DNA from: a virus
Taxonomy: Duplodnaviria > Caudoviricetes
IMG/VR virus record: IMGVR_UViG_3300037449_000119
Span: 282-64,281 of that record
Length of the DNA: 64,000 nucleotides
Strand: one strand, 5' to 3'
Shown: in pieces, positions 51,232 to 61,900 of the stretch
Numbering within the stretch: position 1 is the first letter of the stretch
Layout: each line of letters opens with the position of its first letter
Translations under genes and position numbers: made by a program
The notes under the pieces: generated by a model
What the model was told of the DNA's origin: nothing
Seen by the model: only the letters and a program-made list of their open reading frames with translations
Database searches by the model: none

Positions 51232-53022
51232 ATGGCTACAGCGACGCCGCAGGACATGCTAAAAGAATACTTGATTGGTATTGGCTTTCAGGTTGATGAG
51301 CCAGGCCACAAAAAATTAGACGAGGGAATAAAGAAGCTCGACAAGGGAATTTTACAATATCGTGACGACATCATTCTCACAGGAATAACTCTTGCCGCTG
51401 AAGTAAAGAGCATAGCGGGCGATTTGCAAAAGCTGTACTTTGCATCGCAGTTGACAGGCGCAAGCGCCACAGAACTAACGTCGTGGGGTTTGGCGGCACA
51501 GGCAGCGGGAATAAGCGCTGATGCCGCGGCACAAGCAACCAAGAACTTTGGCTCGTCGATGCGCTCTCTGGGCAATCGTACTCTGGTGAGCATGATTCTA
51601 GGGCCAGGCAACATAACAGGCGACTCAGTAAAAGACCTGAATACGTTTCTAACCAAAATGGGGAAGATGGGCGCTCCGGGCTCGGTTGGATTTGAGGCCG
51701 CCAAGGGGATGGTCCAGCGTATAGCTGGGATGAACCCAGACGATTTTTACTTGTGGTTGAAGAATAAGCCTGCGCGCGACGCGCAGGAGAATGCCTTGGC
51801 AGCATCCAGAAAACGCGAGGGTTTATCGAGCACTACCTACGACAAAACTAACGCGGAAGCCAATGAATTTCTTCAGAAGCTCACTCTCATAGACACGGAG
51901 TTTGGGGATTTGAAGATGGTTCTTGAGTCCAAACTCTTGCCGCTGGCCCCAAGAATTTTGGATTTCATGGAGAATTTTGTGGCGTGGGTCAACAAGGCGG
52001 ATGCAGGTTCTATGGCATGGGCAGCAGGGATTACTGCTATTGTGTCGTCGCTGGGCTTGCTTGGGGCGAGTAAACTTGCTCTGGGATTTGTCGGCCGTAA
52101 TCTGGGTTTGCGTGGCGGCGGCGCGGCAGCGGTTGGTGAGGGCGAGGCTGTGGCGGGTGGCGGTATCGGCTTGTTTGGCGTTGCAGGAGCGGCTGCGGTG
52201 GGTGTGGCCGTTGGCATGGCTTTGGACTGGGTTGGACAGCACAAAGATGAGGTGCGAAAGGCTGTAGGAGCGCAGGTTTACACTGCCACAGGAGGCGCGT
52301 TGGGGCGTGAGCCTGGTTTGGGCGGTGGCGCAGCTGTAACACCGAAGCCGGGTGAGAAGTGGTACTTTCCCGTTGCACACAACACAATGCAGGCCGACAC
52401 ACGCGGTTGGTGGCGCCGGCACTGGGACGCCACCAACTCGAAGCTGTTCGGCCCCTCTTACTCTGAAGCTGCTGCTTGGGCAGCTACAAACACCAGAGGC
52501 AGCGGTGCTAGCGGCGATCCTTCTGGTTTGGCGGACATTGTGCGTGGTGTTATTGGCGCTGAGTCCAACGGACATCAGACAGACGCCCACGGCCACACGC
52601 TCACAAGTAGTGCAGGAGCCCTCGGCCTGATGCAGCTCATGCCGGATACTGCTAAACAGTTGGGGGTGGACCCTAACGATCCGAAGCAAAACGTGGCTGG
52701 GGGTACCGCGTATCTTAAGCAGTTGTACGCCAAGTACGGTAACTGGAACCAGGCGCTCGAAGCGTATAACTGGGGTCCGGGTAAACTGGACGATGCACTC
52801 AAACACGGAACGCTGGTACCTAGTGGTGTGGTGGCCTACGCGAACGATGTTCAGGCGCGCGCAGGAGCCGCGCAACCGACCGCACAAACCGCCAATGTTG
52901 TTATCAACGGCGTGCCGGCAGGCGACGAACAAAAAGTTGGCGATGCGGCTAAGCACGGAACCATGAGCGCCTTTTCAGAGTTGTTGCGCAACAATAACGA
53001 CCTTGGGGCGGTGCCAGGATGA
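51232..53022 (+). CDS. tape measure protein with C-terminal lytic transglycosylase domain
   Basis: LKEYLIGIGFQVDE; AESNG...GALGLMQLMP.TA...N..GG..YL...YGNW..AL.AYNWGPG. Confidence 0.88.
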   Translation: MATATPQDMLKEYLIGIGFQVDEPGHKKLDEGIKKLDKGILQYRDDIILTGITLAAEVKSIAGDLQKLYFASQLTGASATELTSWGLAAQAAGISADAAAQATKNFGSSMRSLGNRTLVSMILGPGNITGDSVKDLNTFLTKMGKMGAPGSVGFEAAKGMVQRIAGMNPDDFYLWLKNKPARDAQENALAASRKREGLSSTTYDKTNAEANEFLQKLTLIDTEFGDLKMVLESKLLPLAPRILDFMENFVAWVNKADAGSMAWAAGITAIVSSLGLLGASKLALGFVGRNLGLRGGGAAAVGEGEAVAGGGIGLFGVAGAAAVGVAVGMALDWVGQHKDEVRKAVGAQVYTATGGALGREPGLGGGAAVTPKPGEKWYFPVAHNTMQADTRGWWRRHWDATNSKLFGPSYSEAAAWAATNTRGSGASGDPSGLADIVRGVIGAESNGHQTDAHGHTLTSSAGALGLMQLMPDTAKQLGVDPNDPKQNVAGGTAYLKQLYAKYGNWNQALEAYNWGPGKLDDALKHGTLVPSGVVAYANDVQARAGAAQPTAQTANVVINGVPAGDEQKVGDAAKHGTMSAFSELLRNNNDLGAVPG

Positions 53023-53597
53023 CAGTCGTAGCCGAAACCTCAACGCAGCCCACGGCGATCACCTTTAAGCGGTCGATGAGCACTTTTGTCGCCGATTGTG
53101 TGGTGGAGGAGCGCCACGACGATTCGTGGGTCATCACAGATCATCCAGTGGAGCAGGGCACTACGGTCTCCGATCACGTGTACAAGCTGCCCGCCAAAGT
53201 GGTGCTCACCTATGTGTGGTCAATGTTGAGTCGGGTTAGTACGACGAAGCCTAACAACAAAACCAGCACTACATTTTTGCAGCAGCTTTACCAGCAGCTT
53301 CTCCAAATCCAAGCAGCGAACGCGGCAGGGATCGTGAGTCCGTTCAGTGTGTACACAGGCAAGCGTGTCTACCAAAGTATGCTGCTCGAAAATCTTATGG
53401 TGACAACCGACGCGAAAAATGAAAATGTGTTGTCGATCAGAGCATCGTGCAAAGAGCTGATTATGGTTTCCACAACGCAGCCAAACAGCGGGACACCAGC
53501 CAACCCGAACAATAATGCGGCGCCAGTAAGTCAAGGTCCGATGGCCCTTCTTCCAGCGCCAACTTACACGCCGTCTATGGAAGGTGTCACCGGATGA
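53019..53597 (+). CDS. baseplate/distal tail organiser
   Basis: VEERHDD...ITDHPVEQG...DH.YK.P; VYTGKRVY..M. Confidence 0.75.
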   Translation: MTVVAETSTQPTAITFKRSMSTFVADCVVEERHDDSWVITDHPVEQGTTVSDHVYKLPAKVVLTYVWSMLSRVSTTKPNNKTSTTFLQQLYQQLLQIQAANAAGIVSPFSVYTGKRVYQSMLLENLMVTTDAKNENVLSIRASCKELIMVSTTQPNSGTPANPNNNAAPVSQGPMALLPAPTYTPSMEGVTG

Positions 53598-53911
53598 GCA
53601 CACCCTACACCATTCCGTTGATCGCCGCTCCGCAGACACTCGCGGTGACGCTGGGAGGAAATCAGTACAACCTTCGCGTGCTCTGGAACAGCGCGGCATC
53701 GTGTTGGGTGCTGGACATCTATGACGCGTCGAATAATCCAGTGCTGTTAGGCGTAGCCATCGTGACAGGCGTGGACCTGCTAAGACAGTTCGGGTATTTG
53801 AACTTCGGAGGGAAGCTCATTGCGCAGACCGACTTCAACACACTCGCACCACCCACGGCGGAAAACCTGGGAACAAACAGCAACCTGTACTTTGTGGTGG
53901 TGAGCGCATGA
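53594..53911 (+). CDS. baseplate protein
   Basis: IPL...PQT..VTLGG..Y, WVLDI, GVDLL.QF.YL. Confidence 0.75.
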   Translation: MSTPYTIPLIAAPQTLAVTLGGNQYNLRVLWNSAASCWVLDIYDASNNPVLLGVAIVTGVDLLRQFGYLNFGGKLIAQTDFNTLAPPTAENLGTNSNLYFVVVSA

Positions 53912-54885
53912 GCGGCGGAACACAATTCGGTCGCGCGTACAAGCTCATTGTGAGCAACAACGTCGTCGAGCTAGACCTGTCCGCACTGCATTTTAAGTTC
54001 CTCGTAAAGAGCATGGACATACCAACACCCAACACACTGAGTGTTCGTGTCTACAATCTCACACCAACCACAAGCGCCAGGATACGCGTTGGTGAGTTTT
54101 CAAAGGTAACACTCTCGGCAGGCTACCAAGCAGGCGTGAACTACGGACAAATCTTCACTGGTGACATCAAGCATGTTCACATCGGACGTGAGCGCAACGT
54201 GGACAACTACGTGGAGATTTTGGCGGGTGACGGCGACTCTCTGTATAATTTTGGCCTTAACAATACAACAGTTGGGGCGGGGGCTTCTCCGGCTGATGTC
54301 TTCAATGTAGTGAGCCAAGCTGTTACACAGTTCGGCGTGGACATCGACGACCACGCGGCTGATGTGTTTAATAAGATGGGGGGCATCCTTCCTCGCGGTG
54401 CTGTAATATCAGGGTTGTTTCGTACAGAGATGTCGGGACTGTGCCGCACAGCGGACGCGCGCTGGTCGATTCAACAAGGAAGGCTGATCGTGGTTCCAAA
54501 TACAGGCTGCCTTCAAAGTCCAATCGTTAAACTCAACTCGAAAACTGGTTTGATAGGTGTTCCAGAGGCTACCGACAATGGCATAAACATCCGAATGCTT
54601 TTGAACGGCAACTTGCAGATCGCTGGCCGCGTTCAAGTCAACGAAGGTGACATCAACGCTCAAATCGTTCAGCAGCAAAGCTATCCTAACCCTGGAGATG
54701 TTTACTTTCCGGCGCAAGTAACAACAGACGGGGTTTATCGTGTTGTTGTGCTGAATCATTCAGGCGACACGCGAGGTCAAGAATGGTACACAGACATTGT
54801 TGGTTTGTCGCTGGACGCTCCGACCAACACAACACAACAATATCCGGGCTCTACAAACGCGCCGGACGGCGCAATGATGGGGTAG
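53908..54885 (+). CDS. baseplate hub protein
   Basis: QFGRAYKLIV, VRVYNL, LSAGY, IFTGDI, GLIGVPE, GDTRGQEWY. Confidence 0.8.
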   Translation: MSGGTQFGRAYKLIVSNNVVELDLSALHFKFLVKSMDIPTPNTLSVRVYNLTPTTSARIRVGEFSKVTLSAGYQAGVNYGQIFTGDIKHVHIGRERNVDNYVEILAGDGDSLYNFGLNNTTVGAGASPADVFNVVSQAVTQFGVDIDDHAADVFNKMGGILPRGAVISGLFRTEMSGLCRTADARWSIQQGRLIVVPNTGCLQSPIVKLNSKTGLIGVPEATDNGINIRMLLNGNLQIAGRVQVNEGDINAQIVQQQSYPNPGDVYFPAQVTTDGVYRVVVLNHSGDTRGQEWYTDIVGLSLDAPTNTTQQYPGSTNAPDGAMMG

Positions 54886-54889
54886 TTAC

Positions 54890-55570
54890 ATGGACCAGCG
54901 AGAGAAGATCGGCGATCTCGAAGAAGCTGTCAAGTCTTTAGTGCAGACGACGCTGCTTGAAACCTGGACCTGTCTTCCCGGCGTCATCCAGAGCTATGAC
55001 CCTGTGAAGAAGTTGTGCGTTGTTCAGCCAGCAATAAAACTGCAAACGCTGACAATAAATCCGACGCCAACGACAACCGAATCCAAAACCACGCCAACCA
55101 CTATCTCTATGACACCCATCCCAAATGTGCCGCTTGTGTTCATGGGGGGTGGGGGTTTGGTTCTGGAGACAACACCCCAGAACGGCGACGAGTGCCTGCT
55201 TATATTTGCGTCGCGCAACATCGACGGTTGGTGGTCAAAGGGCGGTGTACAAAAACAGCCCATTCAGCGGCACCACAACTTGTCAGACGGTTTTGCAATC
55301 GTTGGTCCTTGGTCTACGCCGCGTCTTTTCGGCAGCTTGGGCGCTGGGATGCGGATGCGTACCGTTGACGGAACCGCGTACATCGAGCTGTTGCCCACTG
55401 GGGTGGTGAACATCTGCGCACCGGGTGGTGTGAATATCATCGGCAACCTCGTCGTAACCGGAGATGTGGTGGCCGACCTTACCGGCAGCACCTTCAACGG
55501 CATCCCGTTTGCCACACACGTGCACACAGGAGTGACGACGGGTGGTGGGAGCACAGGAGGCCCAGTATGA
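54890..55570 (+). CDS. baseplate spike (Gp138/gpV-like)
   Basis: TCLPGVIQSYDP, GDECLLIFASRNIDGWW, R.HNLSDGFAI, C-terminal HVH. Confidence 0.85.
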   Translation: MDQREKIGDLEEAVKSLVQTTLLETWTCLPGVIQSYDPVKKLCVVQPAIKLQTLTINPTPTTTESKTTPTTISMTPIPNVPLVFMGGGGLVLETTPQNGDECLLIFASRNIDGWWSKGGVQKQPIQRHHNLSDGFAIVGPWSTPRLFGSLGAGMRMRTVDGTAYIELLPTGVVNICAPGGVNIIGNLVVTGDVVADLTGSTFNGIPFATHVHTGVTTGGGSTGGPV

Positions 55571-55980
55571 GAGTTCGCGCGCTGAGTCCGAGTGGTGATT
55601 TCCTGTTTGGTAACGGGGTGCAGAACTATCTGGTCAACAGCCCACAAGCAGTCGCGCAGTGCGTGTATACCGCGCTTCGTCTACTCCTTGGGGAGTGGTT
55701 CTTGGACACCACGGCTGGCGTTCCCTGGCTGACCAAAGTCATCGGTTTCGGAACTGAAAGCACACAGGACACGGTGGTCCGCAACGCCATTCTCGGCGTG
55801 CAGGGGGTAACTGAGATTCTCAGCTATAATAGTGAGCGAGTAGGTACGGTGTTCACCATCACCGACCTAGTGGTGGCTACGCTCTACGGGCCTGCCACTG
55901 TTCCCCTGGTGGGCCTTCAAATACCACTAGGACCGGGCTACGGCGTAAGTAGTTCTGGCAACAACGGGTACGGAGTTTAG
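55567..55980 (+). CDS. baseplate wedge protein
   Basis: GDFLFG, AVAQ...T.L.L..GEWFLD...GVPW. Confidence 0.8.
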   Translation: MRVRALSPSGDFLFGNGVQNYLVNSPQAVAQCVYTALRLLLGEWFLDTTAGVPWLTKVIGFGTESTQDTVVRNAILGVQGVTEILSYNSERVGTVFTITDLVVATLYGPATVPLVGLQIPLGPGYGVSSSGNNGYGV

Positions 55981-55982
55981 CC

Positions 55983-57206
55983 ATGCCAACATATCCACTG
56001 CCGACACTCGCCGTCACAGTTGCTCCGCAGGGGCCAAGCGCGCCCTCGTTCTCAGATATTCTTGCGTCGGCTTGGACCACGCTGCAAAGCATATTTGGAA
56101 TCGACGTTATAAACACAGCAGACCAACAGGATACCGAGCTTGTCAGCCTGTTTGCGGAGGCAGTGAACGACTCCAACAACGCCACCATCGCAGGCATTAA
56201 CAACTTCAATCCCGCATACTCGCAAGGCTCGGGCCAGGACACCACCTACATCATCAACGGCATTCAACGCGAGGCGTCCACCAACAGCACCATGCCTGTG
56301 ACGCTCGTGGGCGTGGCCGGCACTGTGGTCGCATCACCAAACAACGTGGTGCAGGACGAGAACGGCTATCTCTGGAACCTCCCGGCCACCACCACCATCC
56401 CCAACAGCGGCGCCATCGGCGTAACGGCCGCAGCGCAGCAGCAGGGAGCCATTGCAGCAATCGCGCAGCCGCTCATCATCTACACCCAAGTGCTCGGCTG
56501 GCAGTCAGCCACAGCCACGGCATCTGCCACGCTGGGAGCGCCTGTAGAACAGGACGGAGCTTTCCGGCAGCGGCAGCAGATCAGCACAGACATCACCGGC
56601 GAAGGTATTCTGGCGGTGGCGGGCGCGCTGGCAAATCTGACAGGGGTCATCAGGTCCATCGTCTACGAGAATGACACCAATGCTTATGGGACAGGCGCCG
56701 AAACGCCGCCGTTGGTGCCCCTGCAACCGCCGCACAGCATTTGCTGCGTCGTAGAGGGTGGCGACGAGACGGCTATTGCGCAGCTCATCGAACAGACAAA
56801 GGGGCCGGGATGCAGCACGTGTGAAGGCATGGCAGGCATCACCACAGTGCTTGTCTACGACACAAAGGGCGTGCCCATAAACATCAACTTTTTCAACTTG
56901 GGCAGCGTGCAAGTTTACGTCTCACTAACGGTGAAGCCTCTCAACGGGTGGTTAGCATCTACGACAACGGCGATCAGTGTTGCGATCATCGCGTACCTGA
57001 ACGCGCTCGCCATCGGCAGCACCGTGTGCTACACATCGTTGTTCGGGCCAGCTTCCTTGTACGGGTCATCGCTCAACGGAACTTTTGAGGTCACTGCACT
57101 CACGCTCGGGTTCACGCCAACACCACTGGGCACGACAGACCTTGTGGTCAACTTCAACCAAGCAGCCGCAAGTGTGGCTGGCAACGTAGTTGTTACGGTG
57201 CTCTAA
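55983..57206 (+). CDS. baseplate J-like protein
   Basis: NG..RE.ST.ST..V.L.G..GT, G..VE.D..FRQR, ...PPHSICCVVEGG. Confidence 0.85.
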   Translation: MPTYPLPTLAVTVAPQGPSAPSFSDILASAWTTLQSIFGIDVINTADQQDTELVSLFAEAVNDSNNATIAGINNFNPAYSQGSGQDTTYIINGIQREASTNSTMPVTLVGVAGTVVASPNNVVQDENGYLWNLPATTTIPNSGAIGVTAAAQQQGAIAAIAQPLIIYTQVLGWQSATATASATLGAPVEQDGAFRQRQQISTDITGEGILAVAGALANLTGVIRSIVYENDTNAYGTGAETPPLVPLQPPHSICCVVEGGDETAIAQLIEQTKGPGCSTCEGMAGITTVLVYDTKGVPININFFNLGSVQVYVSLTVKPLNGWLASTTTAISVAIIAYLNALAIGSTVCYTSLFGPASLYGSSLNGTFEVTALTLGFTPTPLGTTDLVVNFNQAAASVAGNVVVTVL

Positions 57207-57796
57207 TGCCACAGCTCTCAGACTATTTGTCGAAGATCCCCAGCCAGCATCGGCAGCAGCCGAAGTTCTTGGCGATAGTTTCCCTGTTCGTGCAGCCGTT
57301 CATCGACAATCAAAATCTGTGGGCGCAGATTCCAGCATACTTCAACCTCAACACAGCGCGTCAATGTGCTTGGCCGGAGACGAACTTCGTTTTCGATTGG
57401 ATCGGAAAGTGGGTAGGCATCGCGCGCAATGGGTTGACCGACGCCGAGTACGCCGTCATTCTCAAGTTGCAGATCGCCCTCAATCACTGGGACGGGACAA
57501 CGCCGGGAATCTATGCTATATGGAACACGGTATTCGGCGACGCCGTGTCACTACTGGTGCAGGATAACCAGGACATGACTATGTTCGTCACCTACGTCAC
57601 GCTGCCGGCGATATTCAACAGCGTAGTTTTGGCCCTTCTTATTTCTGGGCAGTTTGACCTTCGCCGGCCGGGAGTAAAAATGCTGGGCCACTTTCAACCA
57701 AGCGTAGCAGGGCACCCGGTGTTTGGTTTAGACGTAGAGAACGACTCGATTTCAGGGATTGGCGTGGGCTACTTCGTAGAGCCCATCACAGCGTGA
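57206..57796 (+). CDS. baseplate protein (DUF2612 family)
   Basis: IPSQHRQQPKF, D.IGKWVG..R, I.LNHWDGT, QDNQDMTM. Confidence 0.8.
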   Translation: MPQLSDYLSKIPSQHRQQPKFLAIVSLFVQPFIDNQNLWAQIPAYFNLNTARQCAWPETNFVFDWIGKWVGIARNGLTDAEYAVILKLQIALNHWDGTTPGIYAIWNTVFGDAVSLLVQDNQDMTMFVTYVTLPAIFNSVVLALLISGQFDLRRPGVKMLGHFQPSVAGHPVFGLDVENDSISGIGVGYFVEPITA

Positions 57797-57806
57797 GGAG
57801 TGAAGC

Positions 57807-58424
57807 ATGGCAGCAGAAAATGACTTTTTGCCGATAGCGGCGACGCCCACCGCTAATGTGGACACGCAGGCGGACTACGCAGGCGCGGGCTACCAGTTGA
57901 ACGGCTTCACGCCTGGGCAAACGCTGTCCACACAGTTCAACAAAACTCTGCGGCAGGGCTCCATGGGCATGGCTGTACTGGCGCAGTTCATTGTCAATGT
58001 TTTGAACGTGAATGTCCTCGACCAAGGTTATGCGAGCGCGGCTGCTGAGGTGTCCGCGCTCGTGGCGCAATTTGAGGCTGCGCTAACAACGTACATCAGC
58101 GGCGCGGGGGTAACGCCGTCAGTTGTGGTGGTGGCCTATTCGACTACGCCAGCGTTCAACGCCGCAGCAGGGAGCATACTCACCCCGGTTTTTCAAATCA
58201 CGCTCACCGGCAACGTGGTGAGTTCCACGTTGACGGGCGTGCTGCCTGGGCAGTTTGTCACGTTCATCATCAAGCAGGACGGCTCAGGAGGTCATACGTT
58301 CGCGTGGCCTGCCGGGGTCAACAACTCCGGCGCCATCGACGCAACCGCTGGAAGCGTCAGTGTGCAGTCGTTTGTAGCCGACAGCACTGGAGCACTGCAA
58401 GCAGTCACCGGGATAACCGGGTAG
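57807..58424 (+). CDS. tail fibre anchoring (proximal) protein
   Basis: NDFLP.A...ANV..Q..Y......GF..G...S.QFNK.LRQ.S...A.LAQFI. Confidence 0.75.
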   Translation: MAAENDFLPIAATPTANVDTQADYAGAGYQLNGFTPGQTLSTQFNKTLRQGSMGMAVLAQFIVNVLNVNVLDQGYASAAAEVSALVAQFEAALTTYISGAGVTPSVVVVAYSTTPAFNAAAGSILTPVFQITLTGNVVSSTLTGVLPGQFVTFIIKQDGSGGHTFAWPAGVNNSGAIDATAGSVSVQSFVADSTGALQAVTGITG

Positions 58425-58432
58425 GAGAGCTT

Positions 58433-58933
58433 ATGTTTAAGAACGGAAATTGGAAAGCGTTGGTCGTTGCCGTTGTGTTGCTCGTGGGCATTGCCTGGGC
58501 ATCCACGAAGATGCAAGACCTGATTATCGTGAACAGCAGCGGATCATTTTATTCGCTGGCAGACACGGCACTCGGCTCTTCACCAACACCCATCTGCACC
58601 ACCACAGGGGGCGTACTCACCAACAGCGGTTGCACGGCTTCACAGACTCTTGCGCGTGTTTACTTCACAAGCTGCCTGGTGGGCGACGATGGAAATGCGG
58701 GTGAGGGGTGCACGGAGAGTAATCATTCGTGGGGAACAACGCTGCCAAGTACGTACTACATTCACTGCCAAACAAGTGGCTGGCCTAGCGGCCCCACTAT
58801 GGCTAACAGGGATGGTTGGTCCATAAACATTGACAGCCAGACAACCACAACCTTCACGTACACGATTGATAATCGTAACGACGCAGGCCGTGGCTACGCC
58901 ACGCTACAAATCACCTGCTGGGCCACCAACTAG
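58433..58933 (+). CDS. Cys-containing protein with signal peptide in the tail fibre region
   Basis: MFKNGNWKALVVAVVLLVGIAWA-S; GGAG SD. Confidence 0.7.
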   Translation: MFKNGNWKALVVAVVLLVGIAWASTKMQDLIIVNSSGSFYSLADTALGSSPTPICTTTGGVLTNSGCTASQTLARVYFTSCLVGDDGNAGEGCTESNHSWGTTLPSTYYIHCQTSGWPSGPTMANRDGWSINIDSQTTTTFTYTIDNRNDAGRGYATLQITCWATN

Positions 58934-58941
58934 GAGGAGTG

Positions 58942-61900
58942 ATGAAACGACTTTTGGTTTTTGCAACCATGCTGACCGCGGCGCTCTCGATGGGTGCGCA
59001 GAGCTATACGCCCAACTGCAACTTATTCTTGCCGCCCCAAGGCTATCAGCCGTGGACAACGCCGATGAACGAGAATCTCACTCTCATCGACGACTGTCTG
59101 GGTGTGCTGCAAAATGCCTATCAGGGTGTGTGGTCTGGGGCTACGATCTACGCAGAGTACCAGCAGGTATCATACAACGGGGCGATTTACATTTCGCTGC
59201 AAAACTCCAACTACAACCAAGACCCTGCCACAGCAACAACGTACTGGCAATACTTCACGGGATCTGGCGGAGGCGGAGGCGGCACTCTCAGCGTGGACGG
59301 CACGGTAGTATCCAGCCCCAACCTGGACAGCACAACGCCGACGGCAGACTCAGGCTACGTGCTCGGCACGTGGAAGCACAGCGGCAGCAACATCAGCGTG
59401 CAATTCCCCACTAGCGGCGGCAGCACCGGGCTGCTAGCTGGCGCGAACGTGGTGTTTACCTTCGACTCACAGGGGTTCGATGACAGTCTAAATACCGAGG
59501 GCGCTACCACAACCGTAACGGCAGTCAGTATTAGCTCATCCGGGGTTGCAACGCTCACCGGGACCAACACACTCACTGCGGGGCAGTGGATAGATGGCAG
59601 CGGTATTTCTAGTCCAAATATCAACGGTTGCGGAACCCTCGGATATTACGGCACCGGAAACAAGATTTATCAGGTACTTTCTACTGGATTGAGCGGGTCA
59701 CAGTTTGAGATTCAGACCTTATGCACAACCTCGACCGGATCGGGCGGCACGGTAGAAGATGCTACTTATATTCTCCCCGTTCAGACTGCGGCTAAGCCTG
59801 CGTTTTCCGGTATAAACTCCTGGTCAGTGCGCAACGGTGTAGACGTAGCTTCAATCTATGGCGGCTACACAGGATTGGTCTGTGAACAGGCGACAAACTT
59901 CGCCGCGATGTTTGGCGACTTGTTCCCATCGGTCACAGGGAAGCCTTTAATCTTATTGTCAGGTGCGGGTGTCAATGACATCTACTCCGGCGATTCAGCG
60001 GGGACAGTGGAGGGGTGCTTTCAATCTTTCTGGTCGCAGGCTCATGCGGTGGGGGCAGTAATAGTCCAGAACATGATTGGCTCACATCCTGGGTGGTGGG
60101 GAACCAATACCGATCTGGTTACTAAAGCAGTGAATGACTGGCTCATTCTGCAAGGCAAATCCACCACTAACGCAGCAAGCGGCCAGTACTGGGACTACAC
60201 TGGTGTAGATATGAGGCCCTATGGAGAGATAGACAGTCCTCTTGCTGCTGGAATACCAGCTAGGTACTCTCTGGCATGGAACGCGGCACTGGAGACTCCT
60301 GGCACGTCAGGATTTACTCAGTTTGCTTGCAACGGCTATACTGACTGCGTGACGCTTGATGGCGATGGACAGAGCATTTCAGGTAGCATCTATCTTCAAC
60401 GACCTTTTATAGAAAACAGTGACCCAAGCATTCGATTCAATAACGAGAATGGTTACTGGCTTATACACATGACTGCGTATGACGCAAATCCAGGTGAGTT
60501 ATTTTTTGGCAACAGCGGTTACCTAGATGGAGTCTTAGTATTTACCGGGGCTATTGGACCAAGTACTGCGCCTACAGGTTCCTGTGGCACAGGAGTAGCA
60601 ACCGGATTTACTGGTGAGTGGGTCCATTCGCAGGATGCAAAGATTACCTACTGCAACGGGACAAACTGGGTGGATAAAACGCCGAGCGGCGGTGGCACAA
60701 CCACGAACGCGCTCACGGCGGCAGCTACAGGCGGCGCGGCTCCCGGCACTACGTTTGACGGCTCGGCGGCGCGGACGTTCGATTACCATTCGTTCGGCGC
60801 TCAGGCAGCTCTGAGCCTCCTTGCAGGAACTTATGCGGACGGCGATATGTGTACCTACGCCGCAACGGGAACGCTGCTTAATTGCAACACGGCACCCTAC
60901 TCCCTGCCCACGGCAACCAGCAGTGTACTGGGTGGTGTCAAGCCGGATGGGACTTCGATACTCAATACAGCAGGCGTGATCTCGGCGACGCCAGCGAGTA
61001 TCGGCGCTCAAGTCAACCTTGGCGCAACGCAGACAGGGGCCATCGGGGCTAGTGGCACGGCCACGTTCCCAGGTACCGTCTCGGCTGGCAGTGAGACGCT
61101 TGGATCGCCATTGCTTCCGGCGTCGGGCGGCACAGGTGCAACTACGGCTGCGGCGGCATTGACAAGTCTAGGCGCGGCAGGAACGGGGATTGCCAACACG
61201 TTTACAGAGAATCAGTCCATGACCGGCCTGACGCTGAGCACAGTTGCCAACGCAGCAGCGCCAACAGGCGTAGCGACAAACTCCGGCCAGTCTGTAGGCG
61301 CAAGCACCACGAACGAAGCTGCGGTAACGTGCATTGATTCTAGCGGAGCAAACACAACGCTCGGCGTTGCATCCGCCAACGTCACTACAACCGGCGGCTC
61401 AAGCTACATCGTCTGGAGCTATACGCTGCCGAGTGGCTGCACGACGGGCTACATTTGGATGAAGAATACCGGATCGTTCGCTTACTACTCAGTAGCGACC
61501 GGAACGAGCTTCCGGCAGAACGCGGCGGCTACTACCTACACAGCAGCGGCAAGCTACCCGGCAGGTGGGGCGTATCCTACCGCGAATACAACGGGGTATG
61601 TCAACGCAACAACTTTTGCCTCCACTGTACCACTGGGTATGGGTATACCAGCATTCTCAGTTACCGATAATAGTACCCATAGTGGAAGTATAAGTATAGC
61701 TGGGGGCGGCGATAATCGTTTTGAGATAAATGGTAGCTCTGGCATTCTTATAGAGAGTAATGGTAATGGCATATCCTTTCATTCTTCCACGGGCGGCTTC
61801 AACGGCTCGTTGATGATTCCAGTTGAAGTATATGCAGGATCGGACGCAAACGCAAACGGAGGTAAGGCTGGGTTTAGTTTCATGCTTCCAACTTCCACAC

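Noticed and set aside
51823-52956. 377-aa - strand ORF inside the tape measure gene
   Set aside because: Antisense shadow with no motifs; the sense gene is clearly the real one
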